Below the pieces are notes generated by a model that ran no database searches, had not been told where the DNA came from, and was given only the letters and a program-made list of their open reading frames with translations. Source: Isurus oxyrinchus (Eukaryota). Taken from it: a DNA stretch of 64,000 bases. Below are positions 12,061-23,003 of the stretch, piece after piece. Position 1 is the first letter of the stretch. Each line of letters opens with the position of its first letter. Where the stretch lies: the NCBI GenBank assembly GCA_026770705.1, contig JANJGN010000039.1:4588001-4652000 (forward strand). Reading direction: 5' to 3'. The translations under genes were made by a program, and so were the position numbers.

Positions 12061-12699
12061 CGTCCAGAAACTCACATATGGTGCCCCATGTTGTGCAGGG
12101 ATTTTCAGCATGTTTGACGCATCCCTTTGAAACACTGGCTCTCCCTGTCCACCGGAAGCCTGTGTTAATCACTCTCAGCTAAATATTTGTTAAACAACAC
12201 GAGGCACCCTCTCCAGTTTAATTGAAACGGGCGAGACATCTCACTGTCAGCTGAAGGGCTTTCGACTGACTACTGTTATTGCAAAGTCCATTGAGGTGCT
12301 GTAGATTGTTTTCATGGTGCTGTGCTGTGAAGGGCTGCATAAATTGAGAGAGGAAAGAGGATTTATAGGCCCAACCTTGGAAGAGTATTTGGTGCAGTAA
12401 TTACAGTGCACCTGGACCTGTACCGTGACTAACAGAAAGGAGCGGAGTGAATAGGGAGTCAACCACCTGTTAACATTTCTTTGGGGGGGGGAGGAGGGTT
12501 GCACTGCCCGAAGCACCCCTGGATTGTCAGGAACACTTTACAAACCTACGCAGAAGTCATGTTCAGAGACGGATGTAACTCTGACACAACAGTAAAGAGT
12601 TACAGTCCCGTGTCACCTCCTTCAACAGGACCTGGGGCCACACACCAGGGTGAGGGAGCTGCTGTCTTTGGACATTAAGTTCACATGATCATTGAAACT

Positions 12700-13450
12700 T
12701 CTTTTGATTCGGAACCGTCCATGCAGGAGAATAGCTGGTGGTATATTAATTATCACCCAGTATTTTGTCTAACTATGTATTCGCTAGCTAACAGAGAACA
12801 TCTATGCTGGGTGCCACGTTTGTACTTTTGCTCCCTCAACAGGGAGAGGCAGTATAAGCGGTCCCAGGGCCTCCCAGGGCAGAGGGATTCCCGATGGCGT
12901 ACGTGATTCTGCCGTGTCCCCATTAGAATGGACAGAGATAAAGGCTCTTAAAGAATTCTAACTGCATTCACTTGCAATTGATGTACATTTATGCACAGTA
13001 CATCATGTTGGTGAATATCCAATATCCCGACTAGAGCCACAATACCTTCATTCTGAAGCACTCGGACGTTTCCAGCATCTCTGTAGCTCCATAGAGAACC
13101 ACGCGGTGGCTTTTCGGAGATGAAGGCTGCCCCATCGGTAAATGGCTCAAAAATCACAACTTCGCCATTCCCTACCTCCAACCAAGCAGGTGAACATCAC
13201 ACCTCAATACCAAGAGCAATGGAGTCGCACAGAGCATTTTGGATCACCCTGACATTGTGGGAAAGAAAAGCTTCTGATTACTGAGCCGTTGGGAGCGAAC
13301 CCTCCATTTCACCCTGGAGTGGTTGATCATGTTCACAGTGTTCTGCTTCATCCTTCATATAATCACCATCATAAGGAGACAGGCATTGTCACCAGGAATC
13401 CTGATACACTGCAGGAGAAGAGGAGATTGTGGTAAGATATATCCTGGATG
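12700..13450 (+). mobile_element. Degenerate Harbinger (HARBI1-like) transposase remnant in the intron
   Basis: Translates as LQLMYIYAQYIMLVNIQYPD*SHNTFILKHS..RWLFGDEGCPIGKWL. This corresponds to the DDE_Tnp_4 motifs QLVCD..YPGSSHDAFIL..WLLGDKGYPL..WL. Confidence 0.75.
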
Positions 13451-14555
13451 CTTTCGCCTTTGACAGGTTGTCTAGATGTGCCCACTAAGAATCCAGTTTG
13501 CACATGACTTCCTTTCTGAAGTTGTACACAATGTAAATTTTAGTGTTTGGACAATGGAAATCCAACACCAAGATCGAAGGACAGGGAGACCTTTGCTGAT
13601 AATAGGAACACTTCAAAATAACCTTTTATTAAGAGACATTTTTTGAAGATTTCAGGTACTAAAAGAGGCTGATAGGCTATACATGTTGGTACATTTCTTT
13701 AATACAGAGGCTCCACCACACTGTAGACTAAAAGCCAGATATTTAAAAACTCCATTTGTCTTCAATCACTGAGGAATGAACATTTCAGTCCTGCGATGTT
13801 TACAACCAGCACATTAAGCAAATTAAGGAATGAGCTGTTCCTGTTCTACACTCAAAATAATGTAATTATGCGCTGCATTTCTGCAAATTATCATTTTATG
13901 TGTGAGGGTGTATGAGTGTTTGTGGTGTACGTGATCGCTATATTTGTATTTCGTATTTTGTAAGAAACAGTCGTTTATCCTTTAATTTGAAATGATAATT
14001 CGCAAGAAAGCTCTCTTCGAAATTCTTAAAATAACATCAGTGGAGAGAGGAAACATTCCATCTGATAACTGCATAGCCTTCCTGTCAGGTGATATGTTGC
14101 GCAAAATAATAAATTACCCCGTTTCACTTCTTTCCCTTAACACAATCATCACCTCTGGCTGCTCTCACTCAAACGCATCTCCCCTCTCACACATGAGTTC
14201 CAGCATCAACCATGGGTACCACCCGTAATGGGCACCCTCGCCCGCCAATTCATGCGCCTCTATCATTGCTAAGTGCAACTATTATCCCCCGATTACTCCT
14301 TTCCTCCTTTGTCTCGCAAATATTCCCGTTCTCTCGCAAACTCCCATCTCCACCTTATTCCCACCTCCTTATTTTAACCATTCAATGTATGCTGCCTTCC
14401 ACGATATCACAGTCATATTTTATGCCTTGTTTCTGGACCGTTCATTTCAATGCACCGGAGGCTGCTGTAACACATCTCCATCGCATCTCAATCATACTAG
14501 CAACTTTGGTACCAGAGTGATATAGCGTTTTATTGTTTATTACCTTTCCTTGCAG

Positions 14556-15433
14556 TTAACCTGGTCACGATTGTGATACTCAGGCGCCGGAGCTGTGGCC
14601 TCTCCAATTGTGTTACCCGTTACCTGGTGGCCATGACAGTAGCTGATCTACTGGCCATTATCCTGGACCTGATATTGAGGCATATTCCAATTGTGTTTGA
14701 TAAGTATTTTTTTTTCCTGCGATCAATCCCAGTGTGTAATATCCATGCCGTCCTGCTTTATGCAGCCACTGACTGTTCTGTGTGGTTCACTGTCACTTTT
14801 ACCTTGGATCGATTTGTGGCCATTTGTTGCCCGAAGCTGAAAACTAAATATTGCAGTGAGAAAACGGCAGCTGTGATTCTGGGAACCGTCATTGCACTGA
14901 ACTGTTCAAAGAACATTTTCTGGTATTTTTTGCTTACAGGTCAGTACTGGATGGTAAACTTCCCCTCGTTTTGTGGTTACACAAATGAGGTTCTGTTGAA
15001 TCCTGTCTGGGTAACAATCGAGTTCACCCATCACATTCTAACACCATGTGTCCCATTTGTGCTGATCCTGCTCATCAATATTTTGACCATCGAGTATATT
15101 TTAGTGACCAGCAGGGCCCGCAAGAGACTCCGGCCTCACAGGAGTGGGCAAAACCCCAAAGACCCAGAGGTGGAGAATCGAAAGAAATCGATCATGTTAC
15201 TCTTTTATATTTCAGCCAATTTCATCCTTTTATGGGGAATGCTAATGTTTTTTTCCATATGGATCCGGATGTATGATTTAGGCTATTATTCCCTGTATCT
15301 AGATTTTTTTGTTATGGAATTGGGCTTCATGCTGCAGCTCCTTAGTTGCTGCACAAACACTTGGATTTATGCTGTGACACAGACTAAGTTCAGGAAGCAG
15401 TTGTGGAAAATGTTGAAATATCCTTTCACTTAA
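14556..15433 (+). CDS. GPR139/GPR142-like class A GPCR, exon 2 (end of TM1 to TM7/helix 8); spliced product 350 aa
   Basis: Polypyrimidine tract plus tgcag acceptor at 14555; open frame to TAA 15431-15433. Motifs: TM2 YLVAMTVADLL, ECL1 Cys (PVCN), TM3 DCSVWFTVTFTLDRFVAICC, TM5 TPCVPF, ICL3 DPEVENRKKS, TM7 SCCTNTWIY. It is not a one-to-one GPR139 orthologue, so no symbol is given. Confidence 0.93.
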
Positions 15434-16494
15434 ATTCTTTACTTAGTTCAATGATTAGAACAGCTGAATATCTGACATTTATAGGACATTATTTCACATT
15501 TTCAGCAGGGGCTATGGGTCTGTCATTGGTCAGAAAGAATCAATGCGATCTTCCTGAATTTTAACAATTAACTTAACGTTTTCAGCAGATGTGGCTGGGA
15601 GATGGGGTGGGGATTTTTGGGAGGTGGAAGTGGGTTTACTATCTGGAAGTATTAAATTACTAGGAGTTTCATGAATTCTCTCCTTGAATTTAACATTGCC
15701 AGCTGGCACGGGGGAGTCGGGGTAGGATGGTGTTGTCTTGTGCGTTCAAGGTGTCCTTATCAAAGGAACAGAATCACTCAGCGCTTCCAATATTTTATCA
15801 GTTCATTGCTCAGTTTGAATGGAGGAAAATGTCTCTCACTGTGCGAACAAAGAAACCATGATTTTCCAGAATTATATCATTTTATCTTACTTACAGCAGC
15901 GGGGGTGGGGAGATGGTGGTGGGAGTGTGGGGTGTGCGGGGGCGAGGGGAGGCACTGAATGTTCACCACTGACCAACTTCTCCCATCCCATTGGACGAAT
16001 GCAAACCCATCGTCCCCAAGCCTCACACGGTAAGGCAGGAAACACATCTCAAGCCATTTCCACACTTCCATTGCCCACGAAACATGGCCATTATACTTCT
16101 CTCTCGCACTGATTGAACAGAGAACTAAGCCACTGACGCCTACTTCCAAAATCGCCGGTGGAACCGCCCGCTGCTTCTCAGTGATTGGACATGAATCCTC
16201 CTTCCAATACGTGAATGGAAGCCGAAATGGCATGTCAGAGTGCAACGTGGTGCGGTCTCGTCAGAGGAGATGTGGTCACAGCGTAGACTTAGGGTAACCA
16301 ACAACGCAAGTAAGATAACAAAGTGAAAGTGAGGTATCAGTGGAAATCAGTGCATGGGCAGCACGCCAGCTCCGATTGAATGCTAGTGTTTACAACGGAA
16401 GTGGGTATCAATGCAGCTGCAGAAAGGGGGCGGCGTTGCAGGGGATTTGGGGTTTGTGTGTTGGGCAAGATGGCACAACTGGACCTCGATCTCC

Positions 16495-17215
16495 CTAAAA
16501 GAGATGCAGATTGATATCGAGAGACAAGGAGAGAAAGACGCAGGTTGCTTAACAGACAGAGAAAGACAAAGAGAGGTTGAAAAATAGATAGAAAGAGTGT
16601 GAGTGTGGGGAGAGGAAAAGGCTGATAGAGAGAGAGGTGGAGGCATAGTGAGAGGTGAACATGCTGGGCTGGAGAGCGGCAGAAAGACAGAGAGCGAGAA
16701 AGAGATAAAGAGAGAACTAGAGGCTGGAAGAGAACAACAGTGAGAAAGGGAGAGACGTACAATAAGAGAGGGAGAGAAGGAGACATTGAGTGACAGGGCA
16801 GAGGACGTGAAAAGGAGTTAAGAGAGGGATTGAGTGAGAGAAGGACAAAGAAGGAGTGAGAGACAGACAGACAGATGTTGAGAAAGAAACAAACACAAAA
16901 TGAGAGATAACAGGAAGGTGAGAGGACGAGCAAGAGAGGGAGAGACGGAGAGACAAATACACAGAAATGATCCCTCAGCGCTGCCCTTACAAGAGTGCAG
17001 CAGCCCCTCGGTTTTGAAATTTGACTGAAAAGCATGATTTCGTACTGACCCACCGATAGTGCAGCGCTCCATCATTGCTGTCCACCTCTTTCTCTCACCC
17101 TCTCTCTTCATCTCGCCTTCCTGTTACCTCTATTTTTCTTTTTGTTTTTTTTTCTCAAAATCTCTGTCTTTCATTCTCTCTCCCTCTGCATTTGTCTCAC
17201 TCTATCCCTGTCTTC
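16495..17215. repeat. GA-rich then CT-rich low-complexity tracts
   Basis: Visible; the source of spurious ORFs 16337-17053 and neighbours. Confidence 0.85.
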
Positions 17216-17450
17216 AACGTACAGCACACTTCCAGTACTGATCTTTCGACAATGCAGCACTTGAGCTGTACCGACCATCCTGTAATTCATCTCTGCTCCA
17301 GCATTGATGCTTCTGACGGTGTCCTGCTCTCTCAGTACTGACTCTCTGGCGGTGCAGCAACTCCTCAGTACTGAAACAAAGATATTGCAGTACAATTCAG
17401 TACTGACAGTCCATCAGTGCAGAAATCCGTCAGTGCTGTATTGGAATGCA
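17215..17450. repeat. Degenerate short tandem repeat (cagtactga..gtgcagca.. units)
   Basis: Recurrent CAGTACTGA and GTGCAG motifs about every 30 bp. Confidence 0.6.
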
Positions 17451-18967
17451 ATAGAGTTACAGTATTCCACATAACAATAGTTTCTCAAAAGATCCATCAC
17501 CCAGTTAAGGTAATCTGCCAGGAAACATGCAATGTCAGAAGGGTAACCTGTCTGGAAGTGCCTTAGGAGGAGTCACTAGACTCACTGCAGTGAAAGGTAA
17601 ACGAAACCGTGACCAAGTGCTCCTATTGGGACGTTGAACATATCATTCTGCTCGATCAGAGAGCCATCTGCTAAAATTGGAAAGCAACATTCGAGCTCAG
17701 GGTTTGCTGTCAGGCGGGTTGGACTCGATCCCTGCTCTCAGTCAGTCTAGGACCCTTTTTCACAATAACATTGTTGGGGAATAACGACACGAAATCAGAC
17801 TATTTATCACTGTTACATTCAAATACAGTCTGCCCCCATTTGAACATCAAGTGAGCTAATCCCATATCCTGGTGGCGTTTCACTGGCCTTCGATAATGAC
17901 CATCACTGGCTAACCAGCTTTTAGTGACCGGGGAGGGGAGGGGGCGCTTTATTTTCGCGCTGCTGCCGTCCTCTGTGCCGCTTTCTGGTCATCCTTAATG
18001 TCCCAGTGGTGACTTTTGTGAGGATTTCTGGAGAGGGCAGCCGTGGATTATCCCTGTAAAATCAGATTTGAACGGTTTTCTCTGTCATGATGCAGGGAAT
18101 GGTGACTGTCTGTCCTTTCAAATCGACTCCAGTCTCCCGATGAGGAATATCCGAGGGTGGTTGCCGTCCTTTTCTTTAAATCATTTCAAGCATTAAAAAT
18201 AAATGGACCTTAATGTATTCTTGTGCCGTGATCGGCTGCTAATTCATATCGATTCTTTCCTGATAAAGGAGGTACATGTTAGGGTTGAATGGAATTGGGA
18301 GCGCCCTAATGGCCAGGATATGAAAGAAATTAAAATGTGGGAGGCAGACATTCAGAAAAAGGTGGTGTCCTCCAATCCAACAAACATGAGTGACTGTGTC
18401 AACCCAGGATCTGTTCTGCAGCCTCAGCTGCCAGTTCACTAAAATGCACATAAAACCCTGATGCAGCAACATGGAATTTTATATCAAAGATTGTTGATGA
18501 CGCTCAGTGGGATGGTGATTAAATTATTGAGATGTGTGTGGAAAATTAGTAAGTTGGTTTTAAGGATTAAACGGTTTGCAAATCTTTGAGGGTATAGGCA
18601 AAATCTGAGAGAGTGGGGGCCATTCACAAACGCCATAATTAAAAAGTAGTTTATTCTAGGAATGGTCATCAACTAAATTAAGGGTGCTGTCCGCGTGGCT
18701 AACTCAGAAAGGCAAGCGTTTTATACCTGGAAAGGAACGGTGCACAATTAAGCCAAGATTAGCATTAGGCCAGAAGGCTGAGAAAATGTAGGCACATGCA
18801 AAACAGTTCCCAAAGAAAATTCAGTTGGAGACATTAGCACATGCCTGGCTAGAAATGTGGCAACATACATTAAAAAAGCCTTCAAACACACATGAAACAA
18901 AAGAGGAACTAAATGTTAGTCACATCGTGGATGAGATTTGCGCATTAAGAATGGGGTCATGGAAATG

Positions 18968-19345
18968 GCAGCTGAATGAATTTTAAACAGTAAAAGTCCC
19001 ATTCACTTAGCACCAATCTGCTGAATGTATTTTAACCAGTACACACTTATCAACACTCTGCTGAATGTATTTTAAACAGCACTAAATCTCATTCACTTCT
19101 CAATGATCTGCTGAATGTATTTTCAGCAGCACTACATCTACTCACTTATCAACACTCTGTTGAATGTATTTTAAACAGCTCTAAATCCCATTCACTTATC
19201 GATACTCTGCTCAATTGATTTTAACCAGCAGTAAGCCCACTCACTTATCAAACACTCTGCTGAATATATATTACCCAGCACTAAATCCACTCAATTATCA
19301 ACACCCTGTATGAATGTATTCTAACCAGCACAAAATCACATTCCT
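18968..19345. repeat. Minisatellite, about 8 copies of a ~49-50 bp unit
   Basis: Unit about CTGCTGAATGTATTTTAAACAGCACTAAATCCCATTCACTTATCAACACT, directly visible. Confidence 0.92.
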
Positions 19346-19349
19346 GGTC

Positions 19350-22300
19350 GGGGAATCTTATACATTCGTATATGTTAAAATTAGTGAATTAGTATACTAT
19401 AGATTTCCTGACTATATATGTTAACGTGCCAAGTTTATGCTGATGAATTAAAGTTACTGCACAAAGATGTTATTTTATGGGGTGAGTCAGTCCATGATCA
19501 GACAGCAGTTAAAGACTGTCGTGAAGTATCGGTTCTACATATTTTTCTGAGACTCAGCCAATCCATGAGCTCCGCCCGCTGTCTTACAGGTAGCACAGTC
19601 AAGCCGGAGCTTCACCCAGGGACTCACAAACATTACCCCAAACCACCATCTCCACAACCACTCTATTAATTCACGCACCCCATTGTTGAAAGCCACCTCA
19701 TCCAATCGGAATGATTGACCAGGTGAACCACGATTCACTGAGCCTATTTGGTATTTCGTTGACATTCGCCTGACATAATCAGAGAAATCCGCCCGGTCAT
19801 CAACACCTACCTCAGCCAATCAGGGAGCATCATCTCATTCCCCAAGGATTATTGAACTGTCAGCGGCCCCTGGGCTACAAACCTGCCGATTCCTTTTGAG
19901 CATTTGCAAACCAGTTCACTCGGCCCTGTTTACAATAAACTCAAACCTCCATGAGGTTTATTAACTCTCTCCCTACCGAGCCATGTTGAACCTTTCCCTC
20001 TTCAACTGCTACGATCCTGCTAAGTAATTTATAATTCTCTTCCTTAGAGCGATAGTGGTGAAATTATTCTGCAACTGTCCAAATGCTTTCAAATTATTGT
20101 AAAATTGTTGTGTCCAGTAATGAAAACAATATCCTCCTTGAGGGCTTGATGTTATGTATTTTAGAAATCCATTTAAACCATATTTTACCGAATATCTAAT
20201 ATTTCTCGTGATATTATTTTATGTGAAAAACGCCACTTTGAATTATTCTGTCCAGGGTGATGTGTGACTAGGCGGGATGTGTTTCTTGTTTTACTGTTGC
20301 CTTAACGAGGGTGTAAATGGAAGCCAAATTAATTAGGCGTTTTAGGATTATTAGTGTGTTAATTTGTAGACCTATGCATTTGCTTTTAATCCTAACTGTT
20401 GTTATTAAATGTTTAATTTAGTTTACCGAAAACTTTATGGGCTTATAACCCCTCAATTTAGGGCATGCATCTCGAAATAAATACATATTGCCAAATCGAT
20501 GTGACTGCTTGAACAAGTTTTTTTTGTCTGTTTCATCCACCTAGCCCACATCATTGTCGCATCATAAAAAATGGGAAGTAATTGCTGTATATTTGAAAAT
20601 ATTTGAGTGGCTTGGAAAAGCTGAACATTAAGGTTGGAGGTACGAGAAGCGCTTTGAATTCAGGAGTTGGCTTGAGGTATTGTTAAAGTTGGGAGACAGC
20701 AAGATGCCCTTATCAATGGCTAAATCGTTACTGGAAATAGCATTAATAACTCCCATTTGGTTACAGCAAAAGAATCTAAGGGTAAGCAACAGGTCTGTTG
20801 GTTAAGTTGCAGTTGAGGTTAAATGTGGGAGCAAAGAAAGCAGATATAGTTGAACTGATAGCACAACATTTTATGTTGGAAGTAAAAACTGAAACTAGTG
20901 TGCCAAAGCTGGAGGTAGTGAAACTCCAGTTGGAATTGAGGAGGCTTGAATTTCAATAAGCAAAGTAACTGAAAAAACTTGAATTGGATGCAAAAGAAAA
21001 ACAAAAGAGATTATATCAAAAAATGTTGGAAATATAAAAACTTGATCTCCAGAAGAAAACGTTAACAATTGAGGAGAGATTCAAGGAAAGAGATAGAGAG
21101 TTCTGACTTTAATACGTTAGAGTTTTTAAAAAGAGACATATGATGTTGATGTAAGTTCTGATTTTGAAAAACGTATATCCTGCTGAGGAGCTATCTAAAT
21201 TTGTTCAATCTTTTCCAAGATTGAAGAGGGAGAGACGTCCAGGCGCACTCTGTTACATTTGAGGAGATAATAAAGAGATTAACTCACCAGAAGTAAACCT
21301 GACATTGTTGTTAAGGTATACGTTATTGAGCGGACCTCATTATAGTTACGCTTCACTGTCAGAAGAAAGCTCAATGTATTCTGAAGTGATAAGATACATA
21401 TTTGAGTGCATATGAGTGGAATCTTGAGGCAGACATCAAGAAATTTAGGAGTACAAGAAAGGAGCCTGGGCAAATGTAAACTGAGTTTGGAAGAGTTAAA
21501 CACAATAATTTCGATTGATACATCCAAGCATTAAATATAGAGACAACATATGGTGCTTCCGAGAAGGAGTACTTTTAGATTAACTAAAAGATTCACTTCC
21601 TTCGGTAGTGAGAGCTCATGTTGAGGGACAGAGGGTTAAAACGGTAAGACATGCCACAGAAATAGCTGACCATTAGAAGTTATCTCCTACATCTATTCGT
21701 TTCTTTTCGTCACCCTTTTAAATAAGTGAGGCATACAAAATAGGAAAATGAAAGTACTGTGTGTAATAAGGAGAGGGAAGGAGCAGGTGCAATATCCAAG
21801 CAACAATTTATTTTTCAAAAACTAAATTGGACGGTGCTAAGGACTGAAGAGACAATCCAAATTTGAAGTGTTTTCAAAGTGATAAAGTTGGGCACAAGAA
21901 GTCAGTGTGTTGGAAATCTCAGGGAAAATGCAGGGAATTAATCAGATGCAGCAAATTTCTGGGTATAAAATTATTGTGGCTTCTGAGCTTCAGGCAGAGG
22001 AAAAAGAAATGTTTTGTTTAGCGGTAAAGAAAGGAAGAATCAATGATATGTCAAGAATGGCTTGAATGTGTTCATAACCCAAGCGTGTTCTGGGGAGCAG
22101 GTTGTGGAAATGTATAAACATTTTGTACATGATGCGGAAATCTTTCACTGTGTATAGGGCAGAGCAGGAAAATATATTAGAATTTAAAGAAATACATGGG
22201 CGACACAATCATTAATGTTGCCGGAGAGTGATATTTGTTGCTCAGAGGATGTATTGCCAGAACAGGTGATAATAATTGGGAATCATCGAGATGCTAAGCC

Positions 22301-22830
22301 TAGTTCATTGTGGAAGGTACATGTTAACAGTAGGTGGAAAATAGGTGAGCTGTTTGTCTGAGGAATGGCAAATTGCCCATTACATTGATACAATTTGTTT
22401 TAGGTAATGTCATTCCTGGATCACAGATGTGGCTGATATCTATTCTAGTTGAGCATATGTAGAGTTATTTTCAACCTATGTTTTGCAGAAAGAGCATCCT
22501 AGGTTCCTTCCCGGTTGCATTGGAACAAGATCACAAGCTCACAGGTTGAAACATGAAGAACAGGAATCTAAAGGTCAGGGAGAAGGTGCTGAAATTCAAT
22601 TATCTAACAATGTATTTGATAACATTGTTTAGAAAGAAAGAATTGAAGATAATGAACCTGAGACGTATAGATTAAGGTAGTTGGTAGAGTAACAGGAAAA
22701 AAGAGCCACACATAAAACAGTTATATTAGAGAACTTACCACGAAGCACAGACAGAGTGTATTACAGAACGCAGTGACCATAAGGGCGATATCAATGTTAA
22801 CCAGAAAGAGGCTGATGTGACTCATAAAGC
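19350..22830 (+). mobile_element. 5' part of a degenerate Gypsy element: probable 5' LTR (to ~20568), gag with zinc knuckle, protease; truncated before integrase
   Basis: Coiled-coil gag (KLEVVKLQLELRRLEFQ), KFVQSFPR, knuckle LKCFQSDKVGHKKSVCWK at about 21862-21915, and a protease-like motif around 22180-22220. Confidence 0.8.
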
Positions 22831-22869
22831 ATTGTCGCAGCTAGCTGGCACACAGGCCTCAATGACCAG

Positions 22870-23003
22870 AATTAAACAGGTCATTATGATAACAGCACAA
22901 TCAATAAGGAGACCAGCCGCTGCCATTGCCATCATATAGTATGTAATGCATTTGCAGAGACCATGCTTTCCTCGCAAAAGATTCACAATTGCAACGCCAT
23001 TCA
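22870..23003 (-). pseudogene. Truncated GPR139-like exon 2 (TM1 end to TM2 only)
   Basis: Minus-strand acceptor ctctctcttacag, then (V)NGVAIVNLLRGKHGLCKCITYYMMAMAAAGLLID. Homology ends where Gypsy sequence begins. Confidence 0.85.

Noticed and set aside
16337-17053. 238-aa hydrophobic minus-strand ORF
   Set aside because: Translation of a CT/GA low-complexity tract with no domain features.
18400-18960. Possible missing 3' part of the 23003 pseudogene beyond the Gypsy element
   Set aside because: No convincing TM3-TM7 motifs; the segment looks more like a decayed CR1 ORF1/ORF2 junction on the + strand.
6850-22830. Idea that the Gypsy 3' part (6850-10968) and 5' part (19350-22830) are halves of one rearranged element
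   Set aside because: They overlap in the protease-integrase linker (about 6850-7110 versus 22500-22800) and are clearly divergent there, so they are separate insertions.
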